A stretch of 64,000 nucleotides of DNA from an uncultured delta proteobacterium (GCA_963755125.1 CAVWIP010000007.1:32001-96000), one strand, 5' to 3'. Positions 11,127-21,394 are shown, numbered from the stretch's first letter. Notes: a model not told the origin generated them from the sequence alone. Numbers and translations: made by a program.

Positions 11127-12866
11127 ATGGGTGAGATCGAGGCTCGCACCACGCCGGAGAGCATCTCACTCGGTGTCCCGGTCGCGCGGGGCACGAAGGG
11201 CGTCGCTCAAGGTGAGGCGACCCGAGAGGAGTCGCTACGAACCGTCACCTACTTGATGCTCGTGCGCACGGCGCTGGCGACCGTGCTCATGATCTCGGTG
11301 ATCATTCTGGCCCTCACCCTGGGGAGCGCGGATACGCTTTCGGGTCCCTTCGGACGCTTCGTCTTTGCCCTGCTGGCGACGACCTACGTGGCCACCTTGG
11401 CCTACGCCCTCGGGCTCAGCCGCATCCAGGATCCGGTTCGCTTCGCTGATATCCAGATCGGCGTCGATCTGGTGTTGGTCACTTTGCTCATCCATGCCAC
11501 CGGCGGCGCCCAGAGTGGATATACATTTCTCTACCTAGTCGACGTCGTCGCGGTCACGCTTCTGCCCAAGCGCTTCTCGCCGGGCAACGTGGCCACCGCG
11601 AGCGCCCTGCTCTTCGTCGGGATTTCGCTGCTCGGTTACCTGCGTATCCTGCCACCCATCACGGGGCAAACCGTCTTCCCCTGGGACCTAACCCTGGAAG
11701 AGCTGGTGTTCCGCTTGGTCGTCTACCTGGCGGGAGTGGTTTCCGTGGCGGCGTTGGGCATGAGCCTCTACGCCAAGACCCGTGAGGCGCGTGAGCGACT
11801 GGCCCGGCACGAGCAGATCGCAGGCGATCTGGCCTCCCTGCACGAGAACACAATTCGCTGCCTGTCCTCGGGACTCGTGACCACGACCCTGAACGGATCG
11901 ATTACCTCCATGAACGACGCGGCTTGCGAGATCCTGGGCATCGGCGCGCCCGCGCCCTTGGGTCAACGGCTCGATGGATTGATTCCGGGCATGGCCGCGG
12001 TCTTGGCCGAGGATCTGTCGCTCGGCCGGGTGATCCGGCAGGAGGTGGAAGCCATGCACACCGATGGATCGCTCCGGTGCCTGGGAGTTTCCGCTACGCC
12101 GCTATCCGATCACACGGGCCAGACCGTAGGCCGCGTGATTCATCTTCAGGATCTGACCGAACTTCGCAGCATGGAAGGGGCCATGCGACGTTCCGAACGT
12201 CTGGCCGGCATTGGCCGGCTGGCGGCCAACATTGCCCACGAGATCCGCAATCCTTTGGCCAGCATCTCCGGATCGGTGGAAGTCCTGCGCAAACAGCCCG
12301 GAACCGACGCCGAAGCGAGACAGCTCATCGACATCGCCGTGCGCGAGGTGGACCGGGTGAACGGTCTCATCTCGGGCTTGCTCGACTATGCCCGTCCGCG
12401 CACCGAGGACTTCCAGCGCCTGGATCTGGGCGAGATGGTGACCGAGATCGCCAAGGTGTTCGAGCAGGAGCGCCGGCCTGTCGAGGTTCGCGTCGACGCG
12501 GACCTGGAGCCGGGTGTGGCCATCGAGGGCGCGTCCGGACAACTACGCCAGGTATTGTGGAACCTTCTGCGCAACGCGGTCGCCGCCATGCCGGGGGGCG
12601 GTCGTGTGCAGCTCTCGGTTTCGCGTCGCGAACGAACCAACGGCATGGCCGACGCGGTTTTGTCGGTGAGCGATACCGGCATCGGTATTCCCCATGAGGA
12701 TCTCGATCACATCTTCGAGCCGTTCTTCTCGCGCCGAGTGGACGGCACGGGCCTGGGACTTGCCATCACCGCGCGCATCGTGGAGGACCACAAGGGGACA
12801 ATCGCGGTGTCCAGCGAGGTCGGCAAGGGCACGACCTTCGTGATCCGCTTCGCCGCCGCGAGGTGA
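11127..12866 (+). CDS. pilS: PilS-family sensor histidine kinase (multi-TM, PAS, HisKA, HATPase)
   Basis: Several N-terminal TMs with TGG motif, AHEIRNPL H-box, NLLRNA, DTGIGI, GTGLGL; synteny after pilC. Confidence 0.85.
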   Translation: MGEIEARTTPESISLGVPVARGTKGVAQGEATREESLRTVTYLMLVRTALATVLMISVIILALTLGSADTLSGPFGRFVFALLATTYVATLAYALGLSRIQDPVRFADIQIGVDLVLVTLLIHATGGAQSGYTFLYLVDVVAVTLLPKRFSPGNVATASALLFVGISLLGYLRILPPITGQTVFPWDLTLEELVFRLVVYLAGVVSVAALGMSLYAKTREARERLARHEQIAGDLASLHENTIRCLSSGLVTTTLNGSITSMNDAACEILGIGAPAPLGQRLDGLIPGMAAVLAEDLSLGRVIRQEVEAMHTDGSLRCLGVSATPLSDHTGQTVGRVIHLQDLTELRSMEGAMRRSERLAGIGRLAANIAHEIRNPLASISGSVEVLRKQPGTDAEARQLIDIAVREVDRVNGLISGLLDYARPRTEDFQRLDLGEMVTEIAKVFEQERRPVEVRVDADLEPGVAIEGASGQLRQVLWNLLRNAVAAMPGGGRVQLSVSRRERTNGMADAVLSVSDTGIGIPHEDLDHIFEPFFSRRVDGTGLGLAITARIVEDHKGTIAVSSEVGKGTTFVIRFAAAR

Positions 12867-12884
12867 CCAATACCTGGGCGGCAG

Positions 12885-13259
12885 TCAGCCCTGGAAGAAG
12901 CGATTGAGCGCCCACACCTCGCGAGCACGCAGGCCCTGGAAGCGGATCCCCATGCCGGGAAGCTGCTCGCCTCCGCCGGGCTCAACCCAGCGGACCTCGC
13001 CACCCACCTCAATCGGCTCAGACTGCGTAGGAATGCGGAAGCGGATCTGAAGCCTGGTCTGCAAAGGAAGAGGCGTCGCGGTCTCCACGAACACGCCTCC
13101 CAGTGAGATGTTGCGCGTGGTGGCGACGTGTCGGTCTTCGCCGACGACGACCTCCACTTCCAAGCGCCGTGCGTATCGGGGATCGGTTCGTCGAAAATGC
13201 TCAGACAAGTTATGCCTCACTGTCGATACGGGTGCAGGAAGCGGGAGTGTGTCCCGCAT
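12885..13259 (-). CDS. Stand-alone PilZ domain protein (TIGR02266-like)
   Basis: RRTDPR (RxxxR), NISLGG, GEVRW, GMGIRF; start uncertain. Confidence 0.85.
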   Translation of the reverse strand: MRDTLPLPAPVSTVRHNLSEHFRRTDPRYARRLEVEVVVGEDRHVATTRNISLGGVFVETATPLPLQTRLQIRFRIPTQSEPIEVGGEVRWVEPGGGEQLPGMGIRFQGLRAREVWALNRFFQG

Positions 13260-13437
13260 CTCCCGCGACAGGCTCAGCCGGGCCAAGCTCGCCCGAGCCC
13301 ACGCGGTTGCGTCGCTCGACAACGCCAGTTTAGGTGAGGAGCGCAGGTTAATCAATGCGTCGCACGCGATTCGAGCCAGGGTCTGTTATATCGCGTCAAC
13401 GATGAAGCGCCAGATTTCGGCTAGACTCACGAGGCTT

Positions 13438-14715
13438 ATGAACCTCGACACATACCCCCTGATCCAACTCGCGGCCCGCGTGGGCACGCCCTTCTTTCTG
13501 CTCGACGCGGAGATTCTGCGCGGGAACCTTCGCCGTCTAAATGCCCTGGCTGCGGGTCCGCAAGTCGTTGTGCGCTACGCCATGAAGGCGAACTCGGTCC
13601 GACAGGTGCTGGAACAGGTGTGCAAGGCGGGTCTGTGGATCGACGCCGTGAGCGGCAACGAAGTTCTGCGCGCGATGCGCGCTGGCTTTCCCGGCGGGAC
13701 CGAACCACCCCGGATCATGCTCACGGCAGACGTGTTCCGCGACAATGCGCGGGAGGTGTTGCAGCAGCATCACATCCTGCCCAACCTGGGATCTCCCGGC
13801 ATGATCCGGCAGCTGGCAGCGGCCGGCTACCGCGGACCGGTTGCCGTGCGTGCGAATCCTGGCTTTGGGCACGGCCACGTCGAGGCCTGCGACACCGGCG
13901 GCCCGTCTTCCAAACACGGTGTGTGGCACGAGGACCTCGAAGACCTGCGCCGGGCTGCTGCTGGCGCTGGGCTGACCATCGTGGCCCTGCACGCGCACAT
14001 CGGCACTGGTCCTCAGCCGCGCGAGTTCGACCAGAACATGCGCAAGCTGGTGGACTTCTTCGAGGCGATCCTGCCCGAGTTCCCCGACGCGAACGCCGTG
14101 AATTTCGGCGGCGGCATCCCGCATCCCTATCGGCCCGACGAACCGGCCTACGATCTGTCTTGGTACCGGCCAGTGATCGAGGAAGCCGTCGCCCGTTTCG
14201 CGCGGGCCGTGGGGCGCCCCATTCGCGTCGAGATCGAGCCCGGCCGCTACGCGGTGGCCGGCACGGCGGCCCTGGTATGCCGGGTTCACGACATCAAGAC
14301 CACACGCGCGAACCCCAAGGGTCCGGGCCACCGGTTCGTCATGGTGGACGCGGGCTTCTGCGACCTCGTGCGGCCGGCGATGTACGGCTCGTATCATCAC
14401 ATCTCGGTGGTGGGTGCCGGCGCCAGTCGACCGCCGGAACCGCTGGTGGTGGCTGGGCCGCTGTGTGAAAGCGGCGATGTGTTCACCCGCGATGCGAACG
14501 AGATGCTCACGCCGCGCCTCCTGCCACGGCCCGAGCCATGCGATCTGCTGGTGCTGCACGACGCGGGTGCCTACGGCTCGGCCATGAGTTCAAACTACGT
14601 GTCGCTGGGCCGCGTGCCTCAGGTGCTGTGGGACGCGGGCCGTGCCACTCTGGTCACTCGCCGCGAGAGCGTGGACGACGTGGTTCGGGCCGAGTGTGAG
14701 GAGCCACTCGACTGA
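13438..14715 (+). CDS. lysA: Diaminopimelate decarboxylase
   Basis: YAMKANS (PLP Lys), TGGPSSKHG, HAHIG, EPGRY, RPAMYG, GPLCESGDVF, GAYG; GAGG SD before ATG 13438. Confidence 0.93.
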   Translation: MNLDTYPLIQLAARVGTPFFLLDAEILRGNLRRLNALAAGPQVVVRYAMKANSVRQVLEQVCKAGLWIDAVSGNEVLRAMRAGFPGGTEPPRIMLTADVFRDNAREVLQQHHILPNLGSPGMIRQLAAAGYRGPVAVRANPGFGHGHVEACDTGGPSSKHGVWHEDLEDLRRAAAGAGLTIVALHAHIGTGPQPREFDQNMRKLVDFFEAILPEFPDANAVNFGGGIPHPYRPDEPAYDLSWYRPVIEEAVARFARAVGRPIRVEIEPGRYAVAGTAALVCRVHDIKTTRANPKGPGHRFVMVDAGFCDLVRPAMYGSYHHISVVGAGASRPPEPLVVAGPLCESGDVFTRDANEMLTPRLLPRPEPCDLLVLHDAGAYGSAMSSNYVSLGRVPQVLWDAGRATLVTRRESVDDVVRAECEEPLD

Positions 14716-14789
14716 CCAATGCGAGACCGCCGGCACGCGAAGAAGGTTTTCCCCGGCGCCGTGCTAGGCTTGCCGCAAAGGAGGAAATC

Positions 14790-15002
14790 GTGCCGCTCTA
14801 CGAATACGTGTGCCGCAAGTGTTCCAAGCAGTTCGAGACACTGATCTTCGGCGCCGACGTGCCTGCCTGCCCGGCCTGCCAGTCCACCGACCTGGAACGC
14901 ATGCTGTCCGTGGTGGCCGTGGGCAGCGGCCAGCCGGCGCGCGAGCCGAGCGCCTGTGATTCCTGTCAGGGCCGAGGCCGACCCGGCTGCGGCATGAACT
15001 AG
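14790..15002 (+). CDS. FmdB-family zinc-ribbon protein
   Basis: MPLYEYVCRKC...CPAC; strong AAAGGAGG SD with GTG start. Confidence 0.9.
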   Translation: MPLYEYVCRKCSKQFETLIFGADVPACPACQSTDLERMLSVVAVGSGQPAREPSACDSCQGRGRPGCGMN

Positions 15003-15250
15003 AGAAGCGATGCCTCAAACCGCCGAGTCACGGACGGCCGACGATCCGACACCATGGCTGCGTTGGGCCTGCGCTTCCGGTCCTCAAGTACATCAGTACA
15101 TTCCGGTCCGGTTCTCGGCCCTCCTTGCCATCGGGCCGGCTTGTCGGCCGGATTCCAATCGCCATCCCGATCTTCACCTGGGCGCTGGGCATCGGAACCC
15201 AGTCTTGGCCGTGTTCACGTGTCCCTATCAGGGGGACTAGCCCGGATCGC

Positions 15251-17089
15251 ATGGCCTACGCCTCGCTCAGGGACTGCGTCGATGACCTGGAGCGGACGGG
15301 CCAATTGCGGCGAGTGGATGTCGAAATCGACGCCCAGTTGGAGGCGGCCGAGATCCAGCGCCGCGTGTTCCGCGCCCACGGCCCGGCCCTGTACTTCGCG
15401 CGAGTCAAGGGCTGCCGCTTTCCCATGGTCAGCAACTTGTTCGGGACCATCGAGCGCGCGCACTTCATCTTTCGCGACAGCCTGGACAAGGTCCGCAGCC
15501 TGGTCGAGTTGAGAGCCGATCCGGGCGCGGCCTGGAAGCGCCCGCTGCGCTACGCCGGCGTGCCCTTCACCTTGCTACGCACGCGGCCCAGGCGCGTGGC
15601 AGGCGGTCCGGTCTTTGCCGGCCAAGTCGAGGTCAGCGATCTGCCGCAACTTCAGTGCTGGCCCGACGACGGCGGAGCCTTCATCACGCTGCCCCAGGTG
15701 TACAGCGAGGATCCAGAGCGACCCGGATCCGGGCACAGCAACCTGGGCATGTACCGCATCCAGCTTTCCGGTGGCCAGTACCAGCCGAGCCGCGAGGTGG
15801 GCCTGCACTATCAGATCCACCGAGGCATTGGCGTGCACCACGCGGCTGCCATCCGGCGCGGCGAGATCCTGCGCGTGAACGTGTACGTGGGCGGCCCGCC
15901 GGCCATGACCCTGGCCGCAGTCATGCCGTTGCCCGAAGGCGTGTCGGAGCTGGCGTTTGCGGGCGCGCTGGGCGGCCGGCGCGTGCGGCTGGCAGCCCAG
16001 AAAGGCTGGCCCTTGCCCGTGCACGCTGACGCCGACTTCTGCCTGCTGGCCGAAGTGGATCCAGAGGTCCGCAAGCCTGAAGGGCCGTTCGGCGATCACC
16101 TGGGCTATTACAGCTTGGCGCACAGTTTTCCGGTGCTGCGCGTCCGTCGCGTCTATCACCGCGCGGAGGCCATCTGGCCTTTCACCGTGGTCGGCCGGCC
16201 GCCCCAGGAGGACAGCGTTTTCGCCTCCCTCATCCACGAGATCACGAGTCCGCTGGTTTCGTCGCTGCTTCCCGGCGTGCACGCGGTGAACGCGGTGGAT
16301 GCGGCTGGCGTGCATCCGCTGTTGCTCGCTCTGGGCAGCGAGCGCTATGTGCCGTTCGAGGAGCGGCAAGAGCCGCAGGAGCTACTCACCCAAGCCAACG
16401 CCATCCTGGGACAGGGCCAGCTTTCTTTGGCCAAATACCTGTTCATTGCGGCAGCCGACGACGATCCACGGCTGGACGTGCGCGATGTCGACGCATTCCT
16501 GCAGCACGTGCTGGCGCGGGTCGACTGGCGCCGCGACCTCCATTTCCAGACGCAGACCACCATCGACACGCTGGACTACTCGGGCACGGGCCTGAACCGA
16601 GGATCCAAACTGGTGGTGGCCGCGGTGGGACGGCCACGGCGCACGCTGCCCACGGCGCTGCCCCCCGGCCTACGCTTGCCGGACGGTTTCACCGACGCGT
16701 GCGTGTGCCTTCCTGGCGTGCTCGCGGTGCGCGCGCCTGCGTTTGGCTCCGACGGGTTGGCGGAAGACTTCGCGGCGTTCTGTGCCGCCTTCCGGGCCGA
16801 CGATCCCTTGTGCGCCTTCCCGCTGGTGGTTCTCGTCGACGACAGCGAGTTCTGTAGCCACAGCCTCGACAACTTCCTCTGGATCACGTTCTCGCGATCG
16901 AATCCGGCCGCGGACGTGGGCGGAATCGAGGCGGCCACGCTCCACAAACACTGGGGCTGCCGCGGATCGCTGGTTATCGACGCCCGCGGCAAACCTCACC
17001 ACGCGCCATCCTTGCTGGAGGATCCGCAGGTCACCGCACGCGTCGACCGCCTCTTCACCCAGCACGGCCCGCTCGCCGGCATCGAATAG
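15251..17089 (+). CDS. UbiD-family (prFMN-dependent) decarboxylase, long form
   Basis: DGGAFITLP, NLGMYR, EGPFGDHLGYY, DTLDYS; extended C-terminal domain. Confidence 0.9.
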   Translation: MAYASLRDCVDDLERTGQLRRVDVEIDAQLEAAEIQRRVFRAHGPALYFARVKGCRFPMVSNLFGTIERAHFIFRDSLDKVRSLVELRADPGAAWKRPLRYAGVPFTLLRTRPRRVAGGPVFAGQVEVSDLPQLQCWPDDGGAFITLPQVYSEDPERPGSGHSNLGMYRIQLSGGQYQPSREVGLHYQIHRGIGVHHAAAIRRGEILRVNVYVGGPPAMTLAAVMPLPEGVSELAFAGALGGRRVRLAAQKGWPLPVHADADFCLLAEVDPEVRKPEGPFGDHLGYYSLAHSFPVLRVRRVYHRAEAIWPFTVVGRPPQEDSVFASLIHEITSPLVSSLLPGVHAVNAVDAAGVHPLLLALGSERYVPFEERQEPQELLTQANAILGQGQLSLAKYLFIAAADDDPRLDVRDVDAFLQHVLARVDWRRDLHFQTQTTIDTLDYSGTGLNRGSKLVVAAVGRPRRTLPTALPPGLRLPDGFTDACVCLPGVLAVRAPAFGSDGLAEDFAAFCAAFRADDPLCAFPLVVLVDDSEFCSHSLDNFLWITFSRSNPAADVGGIEAATLHKHWGCRGSLVIDARGKPHHAPSLLEDPQVTARVDRLFTQHGPLAGIE

Positions 17090-17113
17090 GGGAAACCGCG
17101 CGACGGTCCGGTT

Positions 17114-18031
17114 CTAAAGGTTCCTCATGTATGCGACCAGATCCTCAGGCAATGGACTTTCGACTGTGACGGGCTCGCGCGTGCGCGGATGCGGGAAACA
17201 CAGACGGGCCGCGTGCAAGGCATGGCGGGGCAGGCCGTCGAAGGCCGCTAGCAACTCGGGCGTCATCCCGGTATCGCAGTAGTCCATGAAGGCCTGTTCG
17301 CTGGCGCCGTAGAGTTTGTCGCCCACCACGGGATGCCCGATGGCGGCCAGGTGAACGCGGATTTGGTGCTGCCGCCCGGTTTCGGGCGAGGCCTCGACCA
17401 GCGCGTGCTCGGTAAAGCGGTGCACCACCCGGAAACGCGTCAGCGCGGGCAAGCCGTCGCACGCGACGCCCATCATGATGCGCGTCCTGGTGTCCAGCAA
17501 TCGCATCGGCCGATCGATCACGCCCTCAGGCTCCGCCGGCACGCCATGGACCAGGGCTAGATAGTTCTTCCTGATCAGCCGCTGCGCAAAGGCGCGCTTC
17601 AAGAACGAGGCCGCCACACGGCCCCGGGCCACGAGCAGCACACCAGAAGTCTCCCGATCCAGGCGGTGACAAATCTGCAACGCCTCGCTGGGAAATCGCT
17701 CGCGCAGAAGGGCCACCAGCGTGTTCTTCCAGAACTTGGCTGTGGTGTGCATGGGCAGCCCGGCCGGTTTGTCGAGCGCGAGGAAGGTTTCGTCCTCGGC
17801 CAGAACCTTGAAGTGGCGGGGCACTTCGGGCTCCACCGGGGCGGGACGGTCTACGATGATGGTCTCGCCGGCCCGCACGCCCAGCGCCGGCCGTGGTCGC
17901 CGTCCGTCGGCCAGTCGGACCTGGTGCTCGATGACGGCGCGGATCTTCGCACGCGACAGGCGACGGATACGGTGCTTGAGGAAATGATCGAGGCGCCAAC
18001 CCTCGCATTCAGGGGGTACGCGCAGCCGCAG
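17114..18031 (-). CDS. RluA/RluD-family pseudouridine synthase with N-terminal S4 domain (start codon non-canonical or uncertain)
   Basis: DKPAGL, HRLDRETSG (catalytic Asp), TGRQHQIR, HPVVGDKLY, ALHA; frame stays open upstream of GTG 17878 and encodes GWRLDHFL...LSRAKIR (S4-like); coordinate shown is candidate CTG 18031. Confidence 0.85.
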   Translation of the reverse strand: MRLRVPPECEGWRLDHFLKHRIRRLSRAKIRAVIEHQVRLADGRRPRPALGVRAGETIIVDRPAPVEPEVPRHFKVLAEDETFLALDKPAGLPMHTTAKFWKNTLVALLRERFPSEALQICHRLDRETSGVLLVARGRVAASFLKRAFAQRLIRKNYLALVHGVPAEPEGVIDRPMRLLDTRTRIMMGVACDGLPALTRFRVVHRFTEHALVEASPETGRQHQIRVHLAAIGHPVVGDKLYGASEQAFMDYCDTGMTPELLAAFDGLPRHALHAARLCFPHPRTREPVTVESPLPEDLVAYMRNL

Positions 18032-18094
18032 CGGGATGATCTCCCGAGGCGCCTCACAACCATCCGCAGGAAGCAGGTCCGTCTCGATCGTGAG

Positions 18095-18661
18095 CTAATC
18101 CTCGTCGAGAACGCCTTTCCAGCGCCAGTTGCCACGCTCGCGTTCCTCGGGCTTGGGCCGCGTCGAACGTTTCTTTTCCGGGCGTTCGCGCCGGCCCTCG
18201 GGCTTGCCGCCGGCACGGTCATGTCCTGCCGCGCCGGTGGCAGGCGGGCGCGGCGGGCCGAAGTTCCGCGGTGAACCGGGAGAGGAGGGACCCGCAGACC
18301 CCGAGAAGCGAGGGGCCCCACCACCGGGGCCGGGCGATCCAGATGGGGCTCGTGGGCCGCCAAAACGCGGGGGACCACTGGGGCCACCCGGCCGCGGTGC
18401 GCCCGGCGCGGGCCGAGCCTGGGCTTCCTCGACGATCAACGCGCGGCCCTGTACCAGGCGGCCGCTGAGTTTCTCGATAGACTGCTTGGCACCATCGTCG
18501 GTGGCAGTTTCAACAAAAGCGAAACCGCGTGGGCGGCCGGTCTCGCGCTCGCAGGCCACACGGACACTGCGGACCTCAATACCCTCGCTGGCGAAGGCCT
18601 CCTTCAGCTCCAGCTCGGTGACGGTGTAGGAGAGGTTGCCTACGAAAAGGCGCGTTCCCAT
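18095..18661 (-). CDS. RRM RNA-binding protein with Gly/Pro/Arg-rich tail
   Basis: LFVGNLS (RNP2), RGFAFV (RNP1), GRALIVEEA. Confidence 0.93.
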   Translation of the reverse strand: MGTRLFVGNLSYTVTELELKEAFASEGIEVRSVRVACERETGRPRGFAFVETATDDGAKQSIEKLSGRLVQGRALIVEEAQARPAPGAPRPGGPSGPPRFGGPRAPSGSPGPGGGAPRFSGSAGPSSPGSPRNFGPPRPPATGAAGHDRAGGKPEGRRERPEKKRSTRPKPEERERGNWRWKGVLDED

Positions 18662-18687
18662 GAACTGCGTTCCTCGAAATCTTCGTC

Positions 18688-18981
18688 CTACTGCGCAGCC
18701 GGGCGTTCGCCGTTCACGCGGTCGCGCAACTCCTTCCCCACCTTGAAGGTTGGCGTCCGACGGGCCGCAATCTGGATGGTTTCCCCGGTGCGTGGATTAC
18801 GCCCACTGCGCGCCGCAGACTCACGAACAGCGAAGGCGCCGAACCCCCGGAAGTCTATTCTCTCTCCCTTGGCCAAGCCTTCGGCCACGGCATCCAGCAG
18901 GCTATCAATCGTCACTTCAACCTGAGGCCGGGGCAAGCTCTGCCGTTGGGCCACGAGGTCCACCAGATCGGACTTTTTCAT
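18688..18981 (-). CDS. HU/IHF-family DNA-binding protein
   Basis: MKKSDLV, GFGAF, GRNPRTGE, PTFKVGKELR. Confidence 0.95.
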   Translation of the reverse strand: MKKSDLVDLVAQRQSLPRPQVEVTIDSLLDAVAEGLAKGERIDFRGFGAFAVRESAARSGRNPRTGETIQIAARRTPTFKVGKELRDRVNGERPAAQ

Positions 18982-19063
18982 CGGTCGCTTGTTCTCCTTG
19001 TTTGCGTAGCGTTGATCTTGGGGCACGAAAGAGCCCCTACAGGTCGTCGAAAACTAGATTCTA

Positions 19064-19093
19064 AAGATATGGCGGCATCTCACTCATGGTCAA
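19064..19093 (-). promoter_or_regulatory. Probable promoter of the HU-RRM-RluA operon
   Basis: Minus strand TTGACC-18 nt-TATCTT; GCGGCA/TGCCGC inverted repeat brackets the -35. Confidence 0.5.
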
Positions 19094-19243
19094 GTGCCGC
19101 TGCGTCTGCAAGAAAGGGGTGGCGCTGCTGCCTTGCGACGCAATGCGCAGGACGCGCGATTGGGGGACTCCCCCGCCGGTGTGTCCTGACGGCAGCGAGA
19201 TCCTCTATCCGAAATGGCCCGCACGGCGAGGCAGCCCTTGTCC

Positions 19244-21394
19244 CTATCGCTGCGTGCCGGCGCGGGCGCGCTGCACGTAGGCTTGCGCTGCGGGAAGGTC
19301 CGGATCAGACGCCGGGGCATTGGCTACGAACAGCTCCCACGCCTTGACCGTGCGGAGCGCGAAGGCCGGATCGATGCGCGACAGGATCTCGTAGCCGATC
19401 CCCAAGTCCTTGAAGATGGTGGAGTGAAGGTCCAGCGAAGGGACGCCAGGCGCGGCGGCGATGCTCAGCGCGGGCGAGCCGCCTGCCCGACTCACGACCT
19501 GCTCCATCAGCGTCACCGCCAGGCGCGCGGGCACCTCCGCGTTGCCCATGTCGTGACTGTACACCAGAGCAAGGTGAGCCCGCGAGGTCTGCATGTTGAG
19601 CGCCAGCTCACCCAGCATCTGCTCCCACGAGCCCGCGGGAGACAGCAGCGCCGGCATGGGATCGTAGCTGCCCATGGCCTGGCGGTCACGTTCGGCCCAC
19701 TGCTCGAAAGCGGGAAAGCGATCGGTGGGGACCAAGGGATGGGTGAGGCCCGTGGTGGCCAGCTTGTACCCGTCCTTCCAGCTTTCGTCCCACGTTACCA
19801 GTCGGTCCAGCACCACCAGAGGGCGATTGCGGTTGGCGTCCATGAGCTGCTTGATGGTGAACCCACCTGGCAGGTACACGCCCGCCGGCAGGACCAGATC
19901 AGGGTGGCGGCGAAGGGCGCGGTCGCAGTACCAGCGGTAGCCCAACAACTGCTGATCGAGGTGGATGACGTCGGGTCGCAGTTTCTCGACTTCATGGAAA
20001 TAGAAGACCGCCCCGGTCACGTGATCTCCCATGGTGACCACGATGGCGTCACTCGGCAGCGAGGCAAAGGCGGTGGAGATGAAGTCGCGAAACACAGTGT
20101 TGCGGCGCTGTCCGGCGTCAGCGTTGATGACCGCGCCGGCCAGAAAGACCAGGGCCGCACCGGCCAGGGACAGCCGCGAGACACGAGCAGGAGAGGCCGC
20201 GTGCATCCCCAGCCGCCGGAAGAGACCGGCCCAGCCGAGTCCCGCAGCCAGGGCCACGAGAAGGTCTGATTGGATGAAGAATCGGGACAGCACGTGCTGG
20301 TAGAGCGCCTTGGACGTGGACATGTTGGACATGGCGCAGAAGACGAAGGCGTAGCCGAGCAGGAGAGCGAGCAGGACGCGGACCTGGGCGCGGTCGGGTC
20401 GCTTGCGCGGAGCCAAGGCATATGCGGCCACGGCCAGGAGCGGCCCCAGTCCGAGCAACCGTCGCAGCGATCCGCCCAGCATCAAGGTGAGGGTCGGGAA
20501 GAACGTGCCGCTCTCGACGAAAGCATCGACCCTGCTGCCAGCTTTTCCGAGGGTGAACGTCCCGTAGTCGCGGCGCAGGAAGTGGCCAACAAGGCCGTCA
20601 AGTGTGCTCTCGTCGCCCCAAGAGACCGCAGCCGCCGAGCGGGACGCGATGGCGAGATAGGCGTAGGGCAGAAGAGCAAGGGCACCACAGAGAACAGCCA
20701 GCGCCACCCCGCCGACGCGCAGATCGCGTCGTGCAACCCAGAGCGAGCGCAGAAGAACAGGTGCCCCGATGAACACGAAGGTGTGGTGGTTACCCGTAGC
20801 CAGGCCGCAAACCAAAGCCAGGGCGAAAACCTGGCGCCGTGCCGGCGCAAGCTCGACGCGCAACCACAGGTAGAGCGCAAGAGCTCCGAACATGGCGTTC
20901 AGCCCGAACACCTCGGCCGTGGTGGCGTGGTGCCAGACCAGGGGGTCGGTGCCAAAGAGCCCCGCCGCAAGCAAGCCTGCCGCAGCGGTTGCAGTCCACA
21001 ACTGGACGGTCGCACAGAGCAAGCCGGCCGCTGCCGCCGTGGACACGGCGGAAAGCAGGTTCACGCGCCAGGCGATGGATGGGCCGAAGGGCAGGGCCGC
21101 GAACAGCCGGGCCAGCAGCGCAAAAACTGGATAGCCCGGGGGATGGGGCACGCCGCCGGTGACCGCGGCAGCCGTCAACTCGCCACTGTCACCGCCTCCG
21201 ACGGTGGGAGCCAGGGTGGTCGCGTAGAGCACCAGCAGCGCGAGGAAGGCACAGAGGGGCGCGAGCCAGGGTCGAGCCGAAGCTCCGGTTGCGCCCGACC
21301 AGGGCTGGTCGACCTGACCACTCCTGGGCGGGCCAGTCGGTCGCGCGGCGCGGGCACGGCCCGCAAGTCGATCGTTTCTTGGGTTTCGCCCCAT
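19244..21394 (-). CDS. DUF2723/TMEM260-like GT-C membrane glycosyltransferase
   Basis: LAPTVGGGDSGEL, GVPHPPGYP, AEVFGLN, GNHHT, many TMs; start ATG 21394 or 21415 (the longer ORF overlaps a real + strand gene). Confidence 0.85.
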   Translation of the reverse strand: MGRNPRNDRLAGRARAARPTGPPRSGQVDQPWSGATGASARPWLAPLCAFLALLVLYATTLAPTVGGGDSGELTAAAVTGGVPHPPGYPVFALLARLFAALPFGPSIAWRVNLLSAVSTAAAAGLLCATVQLWTATAAAGLLAAGLFGTDPLVWHHATTAEVFGLNAMFGALALYLWLRVELAPARRQVFALALVCGLATGNHHTFVFIGAPVLLRSLWVARRDLRVGGVALAVLCGALALLPYAYLAIASRSAAAVSWGDESTLDGLVGHFLRRDYGTFTLGKAGSRVDAFVESGTFFPTLTLMLGGSLRRLLGLGPLLAVAAYALAPRKRPDRAQVRVLLALLLGYAFVFCAMSNMSTSKALYQHVLSRFFIQSDLLVALAAGLGWAGLFRRLGMHAASPARVSRLSLAGAALVFLAGAVINADAGQRRNTVFRDFISTAFASLPSDAIVVTMGDHVTGAVFYFHEVEKLRPDVIHLDQQLLGYRWYCDRALRRHPDLVLPAGVYLPGGFTIKQLMDANRNRPLVVLDRLVTWDESWKDGYKLATTGLTHPLVPTDRFPAFEQWAERDRQAMGSYDPMPALLSPAGSWEQMLGELALNMQTSRAHLALVYSHDMGNAEVPARLAVTLMEQVVSRAGGSPALSIAAAPGVPSLDLHSTIFKDLGIGYEILSRIDPAFALRTVKAWELFVANAPASDPDLPAAQAYVQRARAGTQR

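Noticed and set aside
15010..15252. Small ORFs (74-76 aa, both strands) between fmdB and ubiD
   Set aside because: No recognisable motif or RBS; cannot be supported as genes.
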